Assembly: GCA_051313645.2 (NCBI GenBank)
Contig: JBNRSN020000015.1
Coordinates: 3,906,001 to 3,970,000, forward strand
DNA: 64,000 nt
From: Centroscyllium fabricii
Taxonomy: Eukaryota
Direction: 5' to 3'
The first letter of the stretch is position 1. Each line of letters opens with the position of its first letter. Of this stretch, positions 1 through 10,900 are shown piece after piece. Position numbers and translations under genes: made by a program. Under the pieces are notes generated by a model. It was not told the DNA's origin and ran no database searches. It worked only from the letters and a program-made list of their open reading frames with translations.

Positions 1-266
1 GCTAGGGCTCTCTTCCAATTGCAGACCATTCTGTGAATTGCCATTAAAATCAGCAGATCAACGCTTGTATGCATCTCAAACACAGCTTGAAAATGTGAGA
101 TGTCAACACTACAAAGCAGGTGACTGACAGACTGGGTAAAAGGGTGAGGTACGGAGTGTCCATGAAAACAAACATAAAAATGAACAAAACACAGAAAATC
201 AGGGGGAGACTGAAACTGCTGTCATCATTCCAGAGCCAGTAACATTATTCTGACAAAGGAACACAT

Positions 267-1118
267 AAGAACATAAGAAACAGGAGCAGGAGTAGGCCAA
301 TCGGCCCCTCGAGCCTGCTCCGCCATTCAACAAGATCATGGCTGATCTGATCCTAACCTCAATTTTATTTTTTCTCTCCACCCCGCCCAGACCAATGTGA
401 TCACCTGGGAGAGGCGAAAAACCAGATTAAAAAAACCAGTAGCCAATTTGGGAGAAAAAAATCAGGAAAATTCCTCTCCGACCCATCTAGGCGATCGAAA
501 ACTGGTCCAGATCACATCACATGGCCGATCTGAACCTAGCCTCACGTCCACTTACCTGCCCGCTCACCATAAACCCTAATTCCCTTTAATTCCAGGAAAC
601 TGTCTATCTCAGTTTTAAATTTATTCAACGTAGTAGCTTCTACAGCTCTCTGAGGCAGCAAATTCCACAGCCCCACCACCCTCTGAGTAAAGAAGTTCCC
701 TCTCATCGCAGTTTTGAAATGGCAGCCCCTTATTTTAAGATTATGCCCCCTAGTCCTAGTCTCGCCCACCATTGGGAACATTCTCACCGCATCCACCCGA
801 TCAAGCCCTCTCACAATCTTATATGTTTCAATAAGATCGCCTCTCATTCTTCTGAACTCCAATGAGTAGAGGCCCAATCTACTCAGCCTCTCGTCATATG
901 TTAGCCCCCTCATCCCCAGAATTAACCTAGTGAACCTTCTCTGCACTGCATCGAGAGCAAGTATGTCCTTTCTTAAATAGGGATACCAGAACTGCACGTA
1001 GTATTCCAGGTGTGGTCTCACCAATACCCTGTACAACTGCAGCAAGACCTCCCTGCTTTTATACTCAATCCCCTTAGCAATAAAAGCCAACATTCCGTTG
1101 GCCTCCCTTACCACCTGC
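267..1118 (-). mobile_element. 5'-truncated CR1-clade LINE (family A, HER1-like), copy 1
   Basis: ORF2 C-terminus (LVRPHLEY..QFW.P, LGLYSLEFRRMRGDLIETYKI, TRGHNLK, FFTQRVV.LWN.LP), 3'UTR hairpin and (TATGTTCT)-type tail. Absent from sister units, whose empty site reads GGAACACAT-GG-AGATGTTGG. Confidence 0.95.
283..321 (-). other. CR1 3'UTR stem-loop (representative; present in all 7 A copies)
   Basis: GGAGCAGG (283-290) and CCTGCTCC (314-321) form a perfect 8-bp inverted repeat next to the tail repeat, as expected for a CR1 3' end. Confidence 0.7.
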
Positions 1119-1739
1119 AGATGTTGGATGTCGCAACAAAACACAGGTACCTTTGTGAGTGAATGAAGCAGTTGAAAGGGCTGGAAATGCTCAGTTGTTG
1201 TAAAGTCATCTAATTCAGAGAATCTATTTTGAACAGGTGCTGATTTTTTTGCTGGAATTGCCAAGTACAGGCACATTATATCTTGGAGTCTGCTCGATGT
1301 CTCTCCAATAACAGTAGATTATCTGCCTGATGTTCAATGAGACACAGCGCAAATGCAGAGGTCTAAACTTAGTGTAAACCAGCAGCATTTTGTGCATCTG
1401 GCACGAGAAAGTAAAAGCGGGAAGATTTCTTCACAGATGGGGAGAGCAGGAAGTGTACAATTTAAAACAGGCCGGTTTCTGCTGCTCCCAAACATATAGC
1501 AGACAGCACTCTGGAAAATGTGGGGATCATTAGTTTCAATACAATTCATACTCTGAAATTATACTGAATGTTTTAGAAAGATATCCACTTAATATAAACT
1601 ATGTCATGGAACGGGCTGGAGCTTCACTTCAATGAACTGATTCAATTATTGCAGCCAATTGTGATTCATATTAGATATTGATCCCAAGTTTCTTGAGTGA
1701 CTTTGATTGCATCAGATTGTTAATAACTGATTCACATAC

Positions 1740-1958
1740 CAGGTGACATTATTTGTCCATTGGCATTGCAGGAGCAGGTTGTTGTTGCTGTGGAGGTGGG
1801 AGTCATTGTTACTGTTGTAGATTCGGATGTGCTGGGCGTAGTGGTGGGAGCTGTGGTGGTTTTACATCTTCCCGTATACTTCAAAATTTCACAACTCTCA
1901 GTACATAATGTGAAATTACACAAGCCTGATTTCCCTACAGAACTCACGATAGCCTGCC
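1740..1958 (-). CDS. Mucin repeat exon (3'-most in window; variant donor GTATGT)
   Basis: TTACAG| 219 nt |GTATGT, phase 1-1; VTMTP/STATT variant. Confidence 0.85.
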
Positions 1959-4900
1959 CTGTAAGCAAACGCAATGGAAATGAGGATTTAGGCATCTAAT
2001 AGCAATTGTTCATTCAGAAATTATAGATGTGGAAAACTCATTCTCATATATTGATATTTAAGCAATAAGAACATGGCTCTATATTTAAATTTAAGAATGT
2101 TGCACCTCCAGGAAATGGTGAGGGCATGGAAATTACTACTGACGATATTGGCAGCTAAACGTTTCATCCTCTCATATCACATTCTTAAATCTGTTATTTT
2201 AATGCGGCTGTTAATTTGTTTGATTGGGTTTGTGCTTGTTTTACAAATGCAGACAGAACAACGTCTGAAGTGGTCATAAGTATTCACCCGCTTTTATTGT
2301 CAGCAATGATATGAAACCATGAAGTGTTGAATTTGAGTTGGGTGCCTCAGATGTCTTCACCAGGCAAGTTTCTAATCTGACCTGTGATGAAACGGGCCAT
2401 CTTCAATTTACACAATACTGTGGATTGCCATTAAAATCAGTAGACCAACACTTTTATGTTTCTCAAACACGGCTTGAAAATGTGAGATGTCAAAACTACA
2501 CAGAAGGTGACTGACAGACTGGGTAAAAGGGTGAGGTCCATGAAAACAAAACATAAAAATGAGCAAAACACAGAAAATCAGGGGGAGACTGAAACTGCTG
2601 TCATCCTTCTAGAGCCAGGAACATTATTCTGCCCAGAGGAACACATGGAGATGTTGGACGTCGCAACAAACCACAGATGCTTGTGTGAGTGAATGAAACA
2701 GATGAAAGGGCTGGAAATGCTCAGTGGTTGTAAAGTCATCTAATTCAGAGAATCTATTTTGAATAGGAGCTAATTTTTTTGCTGGAATAGTCAAGTACAG
2801 GCACATTATATCTTGGAGTCTGCTCGATGTCTCTCCATTAACAGTAGATTATCTGCCTGATGTTCAATGAGACACAGGGCAAATGCAGAGGTCTAATCTT
2901 AGTGTAAACCATCAGCATTTTGTACTATTGGCACGAGAAAGTAAAAGCGGGAAGATTTCTTCACAGATGGGGAGAGCAGGAAGTGTACAATTTAAAACAG
3001 GCCGGTTTCCGCTTCTCCCAAACATATAGCAGAGAGCACTCTGGAAAATGTGGGGATCATTAGTTTCAATACAATTCATACTCTGAAAATATACTGAATG
3101 TTTTAGAAAGATATCCACTTAATATAAACTATGTCATGGAACGGGCTGGAGCTTCACTTCAATGAACTGATTCAATTATTGCAGCCAATTGTGATTCATA
3201 TTAGATATTGCTCCCAAGTTTCTTGAGTGACTTTGATTGCATCAGATTGTTAATAACTGATTCACTTACCAGGTGACATTATTTGTCCATTGGCATTGCA
3301 GGAGCAGGTTGTTGTTGGTGTGGAGGTGGGAGTCATTGTTACTGTTGTAGATTCGGATGTGCTGGGCGTAGTGGTGGGAGCTGTGGTGGTTTTACATCTT
3401 CCCGTATACTTCAAAATTTCACAACTCTCAGTACATAATGTGAAATTACACAAGCCTGATTTCCCTACAGAACTCACGATAGCCTGCCCTGTAAGCAAAC
3501 GCAATGGAAATGAGGATTTAGGCATCTAATAGCAATTGTTCATTCAGAAATTATAGATGTGGAAAACTCATTCTCATATATTGATATTTAAGCAATAAGA
3601 ACATGGCTCTATGGTTAATATTTAAAAATGTTGCACATCAAGGAAATGGCGTTGGGCATGGAAATTATTACTGACAATATTGGCAGCTAAAGGGTTCATC
3701 CTCTCATATCACATTCTTAAATCTGTTATTTTAATGCTGCTGTTAATTTGTTTGATTGGGTTTGTGCTTGCTTTAGAAATGCAGACAGAACAATGTCTGA
3801 AGAAGTCAATAACTATTCACCCGCTTGTATTGTCAGCAATGATATGGGACCATGAAGTGTTCATTTTGAGTTGGGTGCCTCAGATGTCCTCACCAGGCAA
3901 GTTTCTAATCTGACCTGTGATGCTAGGGCTCTCTTCCAATTGCAGACCATTCTGTGAATTGCCATTAAAATCAGCAGATCAACGCTTGTATGCATCTCAA
4001 ACACAGCTTGAAAATGTGAGATGTCAACACTACAAAGCAGGTGACTGACAGACTGGGTAAAAGTGTGAGGTACGGAGTGTCCATGAAAACAAACATAAAA
4101 ATGAACAAAACACAGAAAATCAGGGGGAGACTGAAACTGCTGTCATCATTCCAGAGCCAGTAACATTATTCTGACAAAGGAACACATAAGAACATAAGAA
4201 ACAGGAGCAGGAGTAGGCCAATCGGCCCCTCGAGCCTGCTCCGCCATTCAACAAGATCATGGCTGATCTGATCCTAACCTCAATTTTATTTTTACTCTCC
4301 ACCCCGCCCAGACCCATGTGATCACCTGGGAGAGGCGAAAAACCAGATTAAAAAAACCAGTAGCCAATTTGGGAGAAGAAAATCAGGAAAATTCCTCTCC
4401 GACCCATCTAGGCGATCGAAAACTGGTCCAGGAGATCACATGGCCGATCTGAACCTAGCCTCACGTCCACTTACCTGCCCGCTCACAATAACCCCTAATT
4501 CCCTTTAATTCCAGGAAACTGTCTATCTCAGTTTTAAATTTATTCAACGTAGTAGTTTCTACAGCTCTCTGAGGCAGCAAATTCCACAGCCCCACCACCC
4601 TCTGAGTAAAGAAGTTCCCTCTCATCGCAGTTTTGAAATGGCAGCCCCTTATTTTAAGATTATGCCCCCGAGTCCTAGTCTCGCCCACCATTGGGAACAT
4701 TCTCACCGCATCCACCCGATCAAGCCCTCTCACAATCTTATATGTTTCAATAAGATCGCCTCTCATTCTTCTGAACTCCAATGAGTAGAGGCCCAATCTA
4801 CTCAGCCTCTCGTCATATGTTAGCCCCCTCATCCCCGGAATTAACCTAGTGAACCTTCTCTGCACTGCATCGAGAGCAAGTATGTCCTTTCTTAAATAGG

Positions 4901-7900
4901 GATACCAGAACTGCACGTAGTATTCCAGGTGTGGTCTCACCAATACCCTGTACAACTGCAGCAAGACCTCCCTGCTTTTATACTCAATCCCCTTAGCAAT
5001 AAAAGCCAACATTCCATTGGCCTCCCTTACCACCTGCAGATGTTGGATGTCGCAACAAAACACAGGTACCTTTGTGAGTGAATGAAGCAGTTGAAAGGGC
5101 TGGAAATGCTCAGTTGTTGTAAAGTCATCTAATTCAGAGAATCTATTTTGAACAGGTGCTGATTTTTTTGCTGGAATTGCCAAGTACAGGCACATTATAT
5201 CTTGGAGTCTGCTCGATGTCTCTCCAGTAACAGTAGATTATCTGCCTGATGTTCAATGAGACACAGCGCAAATGCAGAGGTCTAAACTTAGTGTAAACCA
5301 TCAGCATTTTGTGCTATTGGCACGAGAAAGTAAAAGCGGGAAGATTTCTTCACAGATGGGGAGAGCAGGAAGTGTACAATTAAAAACAGGCCGGTTTCCG
5401 CTGCTCCCAAACATATAGCAGACAGCACTTTGGAAAATGTGGGGATCATTAGTTTCAATACAATTCATACTCTGAAATTAAACTGAATGTTTTAGAAAGA
5501 CATCCACTTAATATAAACTATGTCATGGAACGGGCTGGAGCTTCACTTCAATGAACTAATTCAATTATTGCAGACAATTGTGATTCATATTAGATATTGC
5601 ACCCAAGTTTCTTGAGTGACTTTGATTGCATCAGATTGTTAATAACTGATTCACTTACCAGGTGACATTATTTGTCCATTGGCATTGCAGGAGCAGGTTG
5701 TTGTTGCTGTGGAGGTGGGAGTCACTGTTACTGTTGTAGATTCGGATGTGCTGGGCGTAGTGGTGGGAGCTGTGGTGGTTTTACATCTTCCCGTATACTT
5801 CAAAATTTCACAACTCTCAGTACATAATGTGAAATTACACAAGCCTGATTTCCCTACAGAACTCACGATAGCCTGCCCTGTAAGCAAACGCGATGGAAAT
5901 GAGGATTTAGGCATCTAATAGCAATTGTTCATTCAGATATTATAGATGTGGAAAACTCATTCTCATATATTGATATTTAAGCAATAACAACATGGCTCTA
6001 TGGTTAATATTTAAAAATGTTGCACCTCAAGGAAATGGCGTTGGGCATGGAAATTATTACTGACAATATTGGCAGCTAAAGTTTTCATCCTCTCATATAA
6101 TATTCTTAAATTTGCTATTTTAATGCTGCTGTTTATTTGTTTGATTGGGTTTGTGCTTGCTTTAGAAATGCAGGCAGAACAATGTCTGAAGAGGTCAATA
6201 TGTATTCACCCGCTTGTATTGTCAGCAATGATATGGGACCATGAAGTGTTCAATTTGAGTTGGGTGCCTCAGATGTCCTCACCAGACAAGTTTCTAATCT
6301 GACCTGTGATGAAAAGGGCCCTCTTCAAATTGGAAGCAATACTGTGAATTGCCATTAAAATCAGCAGATCAACACTTGTATGCATCTCAAACATGGCTTG
6401 AAAATGTGAGATGTCAACATTACACAGATGGTGACTGACAGACTGGGTAAAAGGGTGATGTACGGAGTGTCCATGAAAACAAAACATAAAAATGAGCAAA
6501 ACACAGAAAATCAGGGGGAGACTGAAACTGCTGTCATCCTTCTAGAGCCAGGAACATTATTCTGCCCGGAGGAACACATGGAGATGTTGGACGTCGCAAC
6601 AAACCACAGATGCTTGTGTGAGTGAATGAAGCAGATGAAAGGGCTGGAAATGCTCAGTGGTTGTAAAGTCATCTAATTCAGAGAATCTATTTTGAAAAGG
6701 AGCTAATTTTATTGCTGGAATAGCCAAGTACAGGCACATTATATCTTGGAGTCTGCTCGATGTCTCTCCATTAACAGTAGATGAACTGCCTGATGTTCAA
6801 TGAGACACAGCGCAAATGCAGAGGTCTAAACTTAGTGTAAACCATCAGCATATTGTGCTATTGGCATGAGAAAGTAAAAGCGGGAGGATTTCTTCACAGA
6901 TTGGAAGAGCAGGAAGTGTACAATTTAAAACAGGCCGGTTTCCGCTGCTCCCAAACATATAGCAGACAGCACTCTGGAAAATGTGTGGATCATTAGTTTC
7001 AATACAATTCATACTCTGAAATTATACTGAATGTTTTAGAAAGATATCCACTTAATATAAACTATGTCATGGAACGGGCTGGAGCTTCACTTCAATGAAC
7101 TGATTCAGTTATTGCAGCCAATTGTGATTCATATTAGATATTGCTCCCAAGTTTCTTGAGTGACTTTGATTGCATCAGATTGTTAATAACTGATTCACTT
7201 ACCAGGTGACATTATTTGTCCATTGGCATTGCAGGAGCAGGTTGTTGTTGCTGTGGAGGTGGGAGTCATTGTTACTGTTGTAGATTCGGATGTGCTGGGC
7301 GTAGTGGTGGGAGCTGTGGTGGTTTTACATCTTCCCGTATACTTCAAAATTTCACAACTCTCAGTACATAATGTGAAATTACACAAGCCTGATTTCCCTA
7401 CAGAACTCACGATAGCCTGCCCTGTAAGCAAACGCAATGGAATTGAGGATTTAGGCATCTAATAGCAATTGTTCATTCAGAAATTATAGATGTGGACAAC
7501 TGTATCTCATATATTGACATTTAAGCAATAAGAACATGGCTCTATGGTTAAATTGAAGAATGTTGCACCTCCAGCAAATGGTGAGGGCATGGAAATTACT
7601 ACTGACGATATTGGCAGCTAAACGTTTCATCCTCTCATATCACATTCTTAAATCTGTTATTTTAATGCTGCTGTTAATTTGTTTGATTGGGTTTGTGCTT
7701 GTTTTACAAATGCAGACAGAACAACGTCTGAAGAGGTCAATAAGTATTCACCCGCTTGTATTGTCAGCAATGATATGAAACCATGAAGTGTTCATTTTGA
7801 GTTGGGTGCCTCAGATGTCTTCAACAGGCAAGTTTCTAATCTGACCTGTGATGAAACGGGCCCTCTTGAAATTCAACACAATACTGTGGATTGCCATTAA

Positions 7901-10900
7901 AATCAGCAGATCAACACTTTTATGCATCTCAAACACAGCTTGAAAATGTGAGATGTCAACACTACACAGAAGGTGACTGACAGACTGGGTAAAAGGGTGA
8001 GGTCCATGAAAACAAAACATAAAAATGAACAAAACACAGAAAATCAGGGGGAGACTGAAACTGCTGTCATCCTTCCAGAGCCAGGAACATTATTCTGACA
8101 AAGGAACACATGGAGATGTTGGATGTCGCAACAAAACACAGATACGTGTGTGAGTGAAGAAGCAATTGAAAGGGCTGGAAATGCTCAGTTGTTGTAAAGT
8201 CATCTAATTCAGAGAATCTATTTTGAACAGGTGCTGATTTTTTTGCCGGAATTGCCAAGTACAGGCACATTATATCTTGGAGTATGCTCGATGTCTCTCC
8301 ATTAACAGTAGATTATCTGCCTGATGTTCAATGAGACACAGGGCAAAAAGCAGAGGTCTAAACTTCGTGCAAAGCATCAGCATATTGTGCTATTGGCACG
8401 AGAAAGTAAAAGCTGGAGGATTTCTTCAAAGATGGGGAGAGCAGGAAGTGTACAATTTAAAACAGGCCGGTTTCCGCTTCTCCCAAACATATAGCAGAGA
8501 GCACTCTGGAAAATGTGGGGATCATTAGTTTCAATACAATTCATACTCTGAAAATATACTGAATGTTTTAGAAAGATATCCACTTAATATAAACTATGTC
8601 ATGGAACGGGCTGGAGCTTCACTTCAATGAACTGATTCAGTTATTGCAGCCAATTGTGATTCATATTAGATATTGCTCCCAAGTTTCTTGAGTGACTTTG
8701 ATTGCATCAGATTGTTAATAACTGATTCACTTACCAGGTGACATTATTTGTCCATTGGCATTGCAGGAGCAGGTTGTTGTTGCTGTGGAGGTGGGAGTCA
8801 TTGTTACTGTTGTAGATTCGGATGTGCTGGGCGTAGTGGTGGGAGCTGTGGTGGTTTTACATCTTCCCGTATACTTCAAAATTTCACAACTCTCAGTACA
8901 TAATGTGAAATTACACAAGCCTGATTTCCCTACAGAACTCACGATAGCCTGCCCTGTAAGCAAACGCAATGGAAATGAGGATTTAGGCATCTAATAGCAA
9001 TTGTTCATTCAGAAATTATAGATGTGAAAAACTCATTCTCATATATTGATATTTAAGCAATAAGAACATGGCTCTATGGTTAATATTTAAAAATGTTGCA
9101 CATCAAGGAAATGGCGTTGGGCATGGAAATTATTACTGACAATATTGGCAGCTAAAGGTTTCATCCTCTCATATCACATTCTTAAATCTGTTATTTTAAT
9201 GCTGCTGTTAATTTGTTTGATTGGGTTTGTGCTTGCTTTAGAAATGCAGACAGAACAATGTCTGAAGAAGTCAATAACTATTCACCCGCTTGTATTGTCA
9301 GCAATGATATGGGACCATGAAGTGTTCATTTTGAGTTGGGTGCCTCAGATGTCCTCACCAGGCAAGTTTCTAATCTGACCTGTGATGCTAGGGCTCTCTT
9401 CCAATTGCAGAGCATTCTGTGAATTGCCATTAAAATCAGCAGATCAACGCTTGTATGCATCTCAAACACAGCTTGAAAATGTGAGATGTCAACACTACAA
9501 AGCAGGTGACTGACAGACTGGGTAAAAGGGTGAGGTACGGCGTGTCCATGAAAACAAACATAAAAATGAACAAAACACAGAAAATCAGGGGGAGACTGAA
9601 ACTGCTGTCATCATTCCAGAGCCAGTAACATTATTCTGACAAAGGAACACATAAGAACATAAGAAATAGGAGCAGGAGTAGGCCAATCGGCCCCTCGAGC
9701 CTGCTCCGCCATTCAACAAGATCATGGCTGATCTGATCCTAACCTCAATTTTATTTTTTCTCTCCACCCCGCCCAGACCCATGTGATCACCTGGGAGTGG
9801 CGAAAAACCAGATTAAAAAAACCAGTAGCCAATTTGGGAGAAAAAAATCAGGAAAATTCCTCTCCGACCCATCTAGGCGATCGAAAACTGGTCCAGGAGA
9901 TCACATGGCCGATCTGAACCTAGCCTCACGTCCACTTACCTGCCCGCTCACCATAACCCCTAATTCCCTTTAATTCCAGGAAACTGTCTATCTCAGTTTT
10001 AAATTTATTCAACGTAGTAGCTTCTACAGCTCTCTGAGGCAGCACATTCCACAGCCCCACCACCCTCTGAGTAAAGAAGTTCCCTCTCATCGCAGTTTTG
10101 AAATGGCAGCCCCTTATTTTAAGATTATGCCCCCTAGTCCTAGTCTCGCCCACCATTGGGAACATTCTCACCGCATCCACCCGATCAAGCCCTCTCACAA
10201 TCTTATATGTTTCAATAAGATCGCCTCTCATTCTTCTGAACTCCAATGAGTAGAGGCCCAATCTACTCAGCCTCTCGTCATATGTTAGCCCCCTCATCCC
10301 CGGAATTAACCTAGTGAACCTTCTCTGCACTGCATCGAGAGCAAGTATGTCCTTTCTTAAATAGGGATACCAGAACTGCACGTAGTATTCCAGGTGTGGT
10401 CTCACCAATACCCTGTACAACTGCAGCAAGACCTCCCTGCTTTTATACTCAATCCCCTTAGCAATAAAAGCCAACATTCCGTTGGCCTCCCTTACCACCT
10501 GCAGATGTTGGATGTCGCAACAAAACACAGGTACCTTTGTGAGTGAATGAAGCAGTTGAAAGGGCTGGAAATGCTCAGTTGTTGTAAAGTCATCTAATTC
10601 AGAGAATCTATTTTGAACAGGTGCTGATTTTTTTGCTGGAATTGCCAAGTACAGGCACATTATATCTTGGAGTCTGCTCGATGTCTCTCCAGTAACAGTA
10701 GATTATCTGCCTGATGTTCAATGAGACACAGCGCAAATGCAGAGGTCTAAACTTAGTGTAAACCATCAGCATTTTGTGCTATTGGCACGAGAAAGTAAAA
10801 GCGGGAAGATTTCTTCACAGATGGGGAGAGCAGGAAGTGTACAATTTAAAACAGGCCGGTTTCCGCTCCTCCCAAACATATAGCAGACAGCACTTTGGAA

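Noticed and set aside
542-1276. 244-aa ORF as a functional gene or domesticated reverse transcriptase
   Set aside because: Chance in-frame fusion of ~52 intron-derived codons to the CR1 ORF2 C-terminus. It lacks the RT catalytic core and endonuclease, and its openness is explained by recent amplification.
1732-1995. 87-aa ORF (MPKSSF...SPGK) as a stand-alone multicopy small gene
   Set aside because: The first 12 codons are the branch/pyrimidine tract and carry variation, including a stop in the 37822 and 57484 copies. The final K-stop is the GTAAGT donor read through. It is an internal exon.
1760-1999. Plus-strand 79-aa Val-rich ORF (MALQEQVVVAVEVG...) in every unit
   Set aside because: Antisense shadow of Thr/Pro codons. 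Its C-terminus varies (74/79/97 aa) outside the exon, and the splice signals are on the minus strand.
2380-2520. TGATGA…CTGA as a C/D-box snoRNA repeated per intron
   Set aside because: It lies on the strand opposite the host gene, the box is mutated (TGATGC) in CR1-A units, and no terminal stem was seen.
2280-3240. A second exon within the unit (MCLYL…, MLIFMF…, MDIFLK… ORFs)
   Set aside because: These are frameshifted between haplotypes and interrupted by CR1 insertions. The 219-nt exons already join in frame with the expected Cys spacing.
3484-3486. Alternative acceptor CAG 5 nt inside the exon (ACAG|GGCAG|GCT)
   Set aside because: It would shift the frame and break the repeat; the first CAG after the pyrimidine tract fits.
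3680-3913. Hydrophobic 68-100-aa ORFs (…ILMLLLICLIGFVL…) resembling signal or membrane peptides
   Set aside because: T-rich intron sequence on the antisense strand; starts, stops and frames differ between units.
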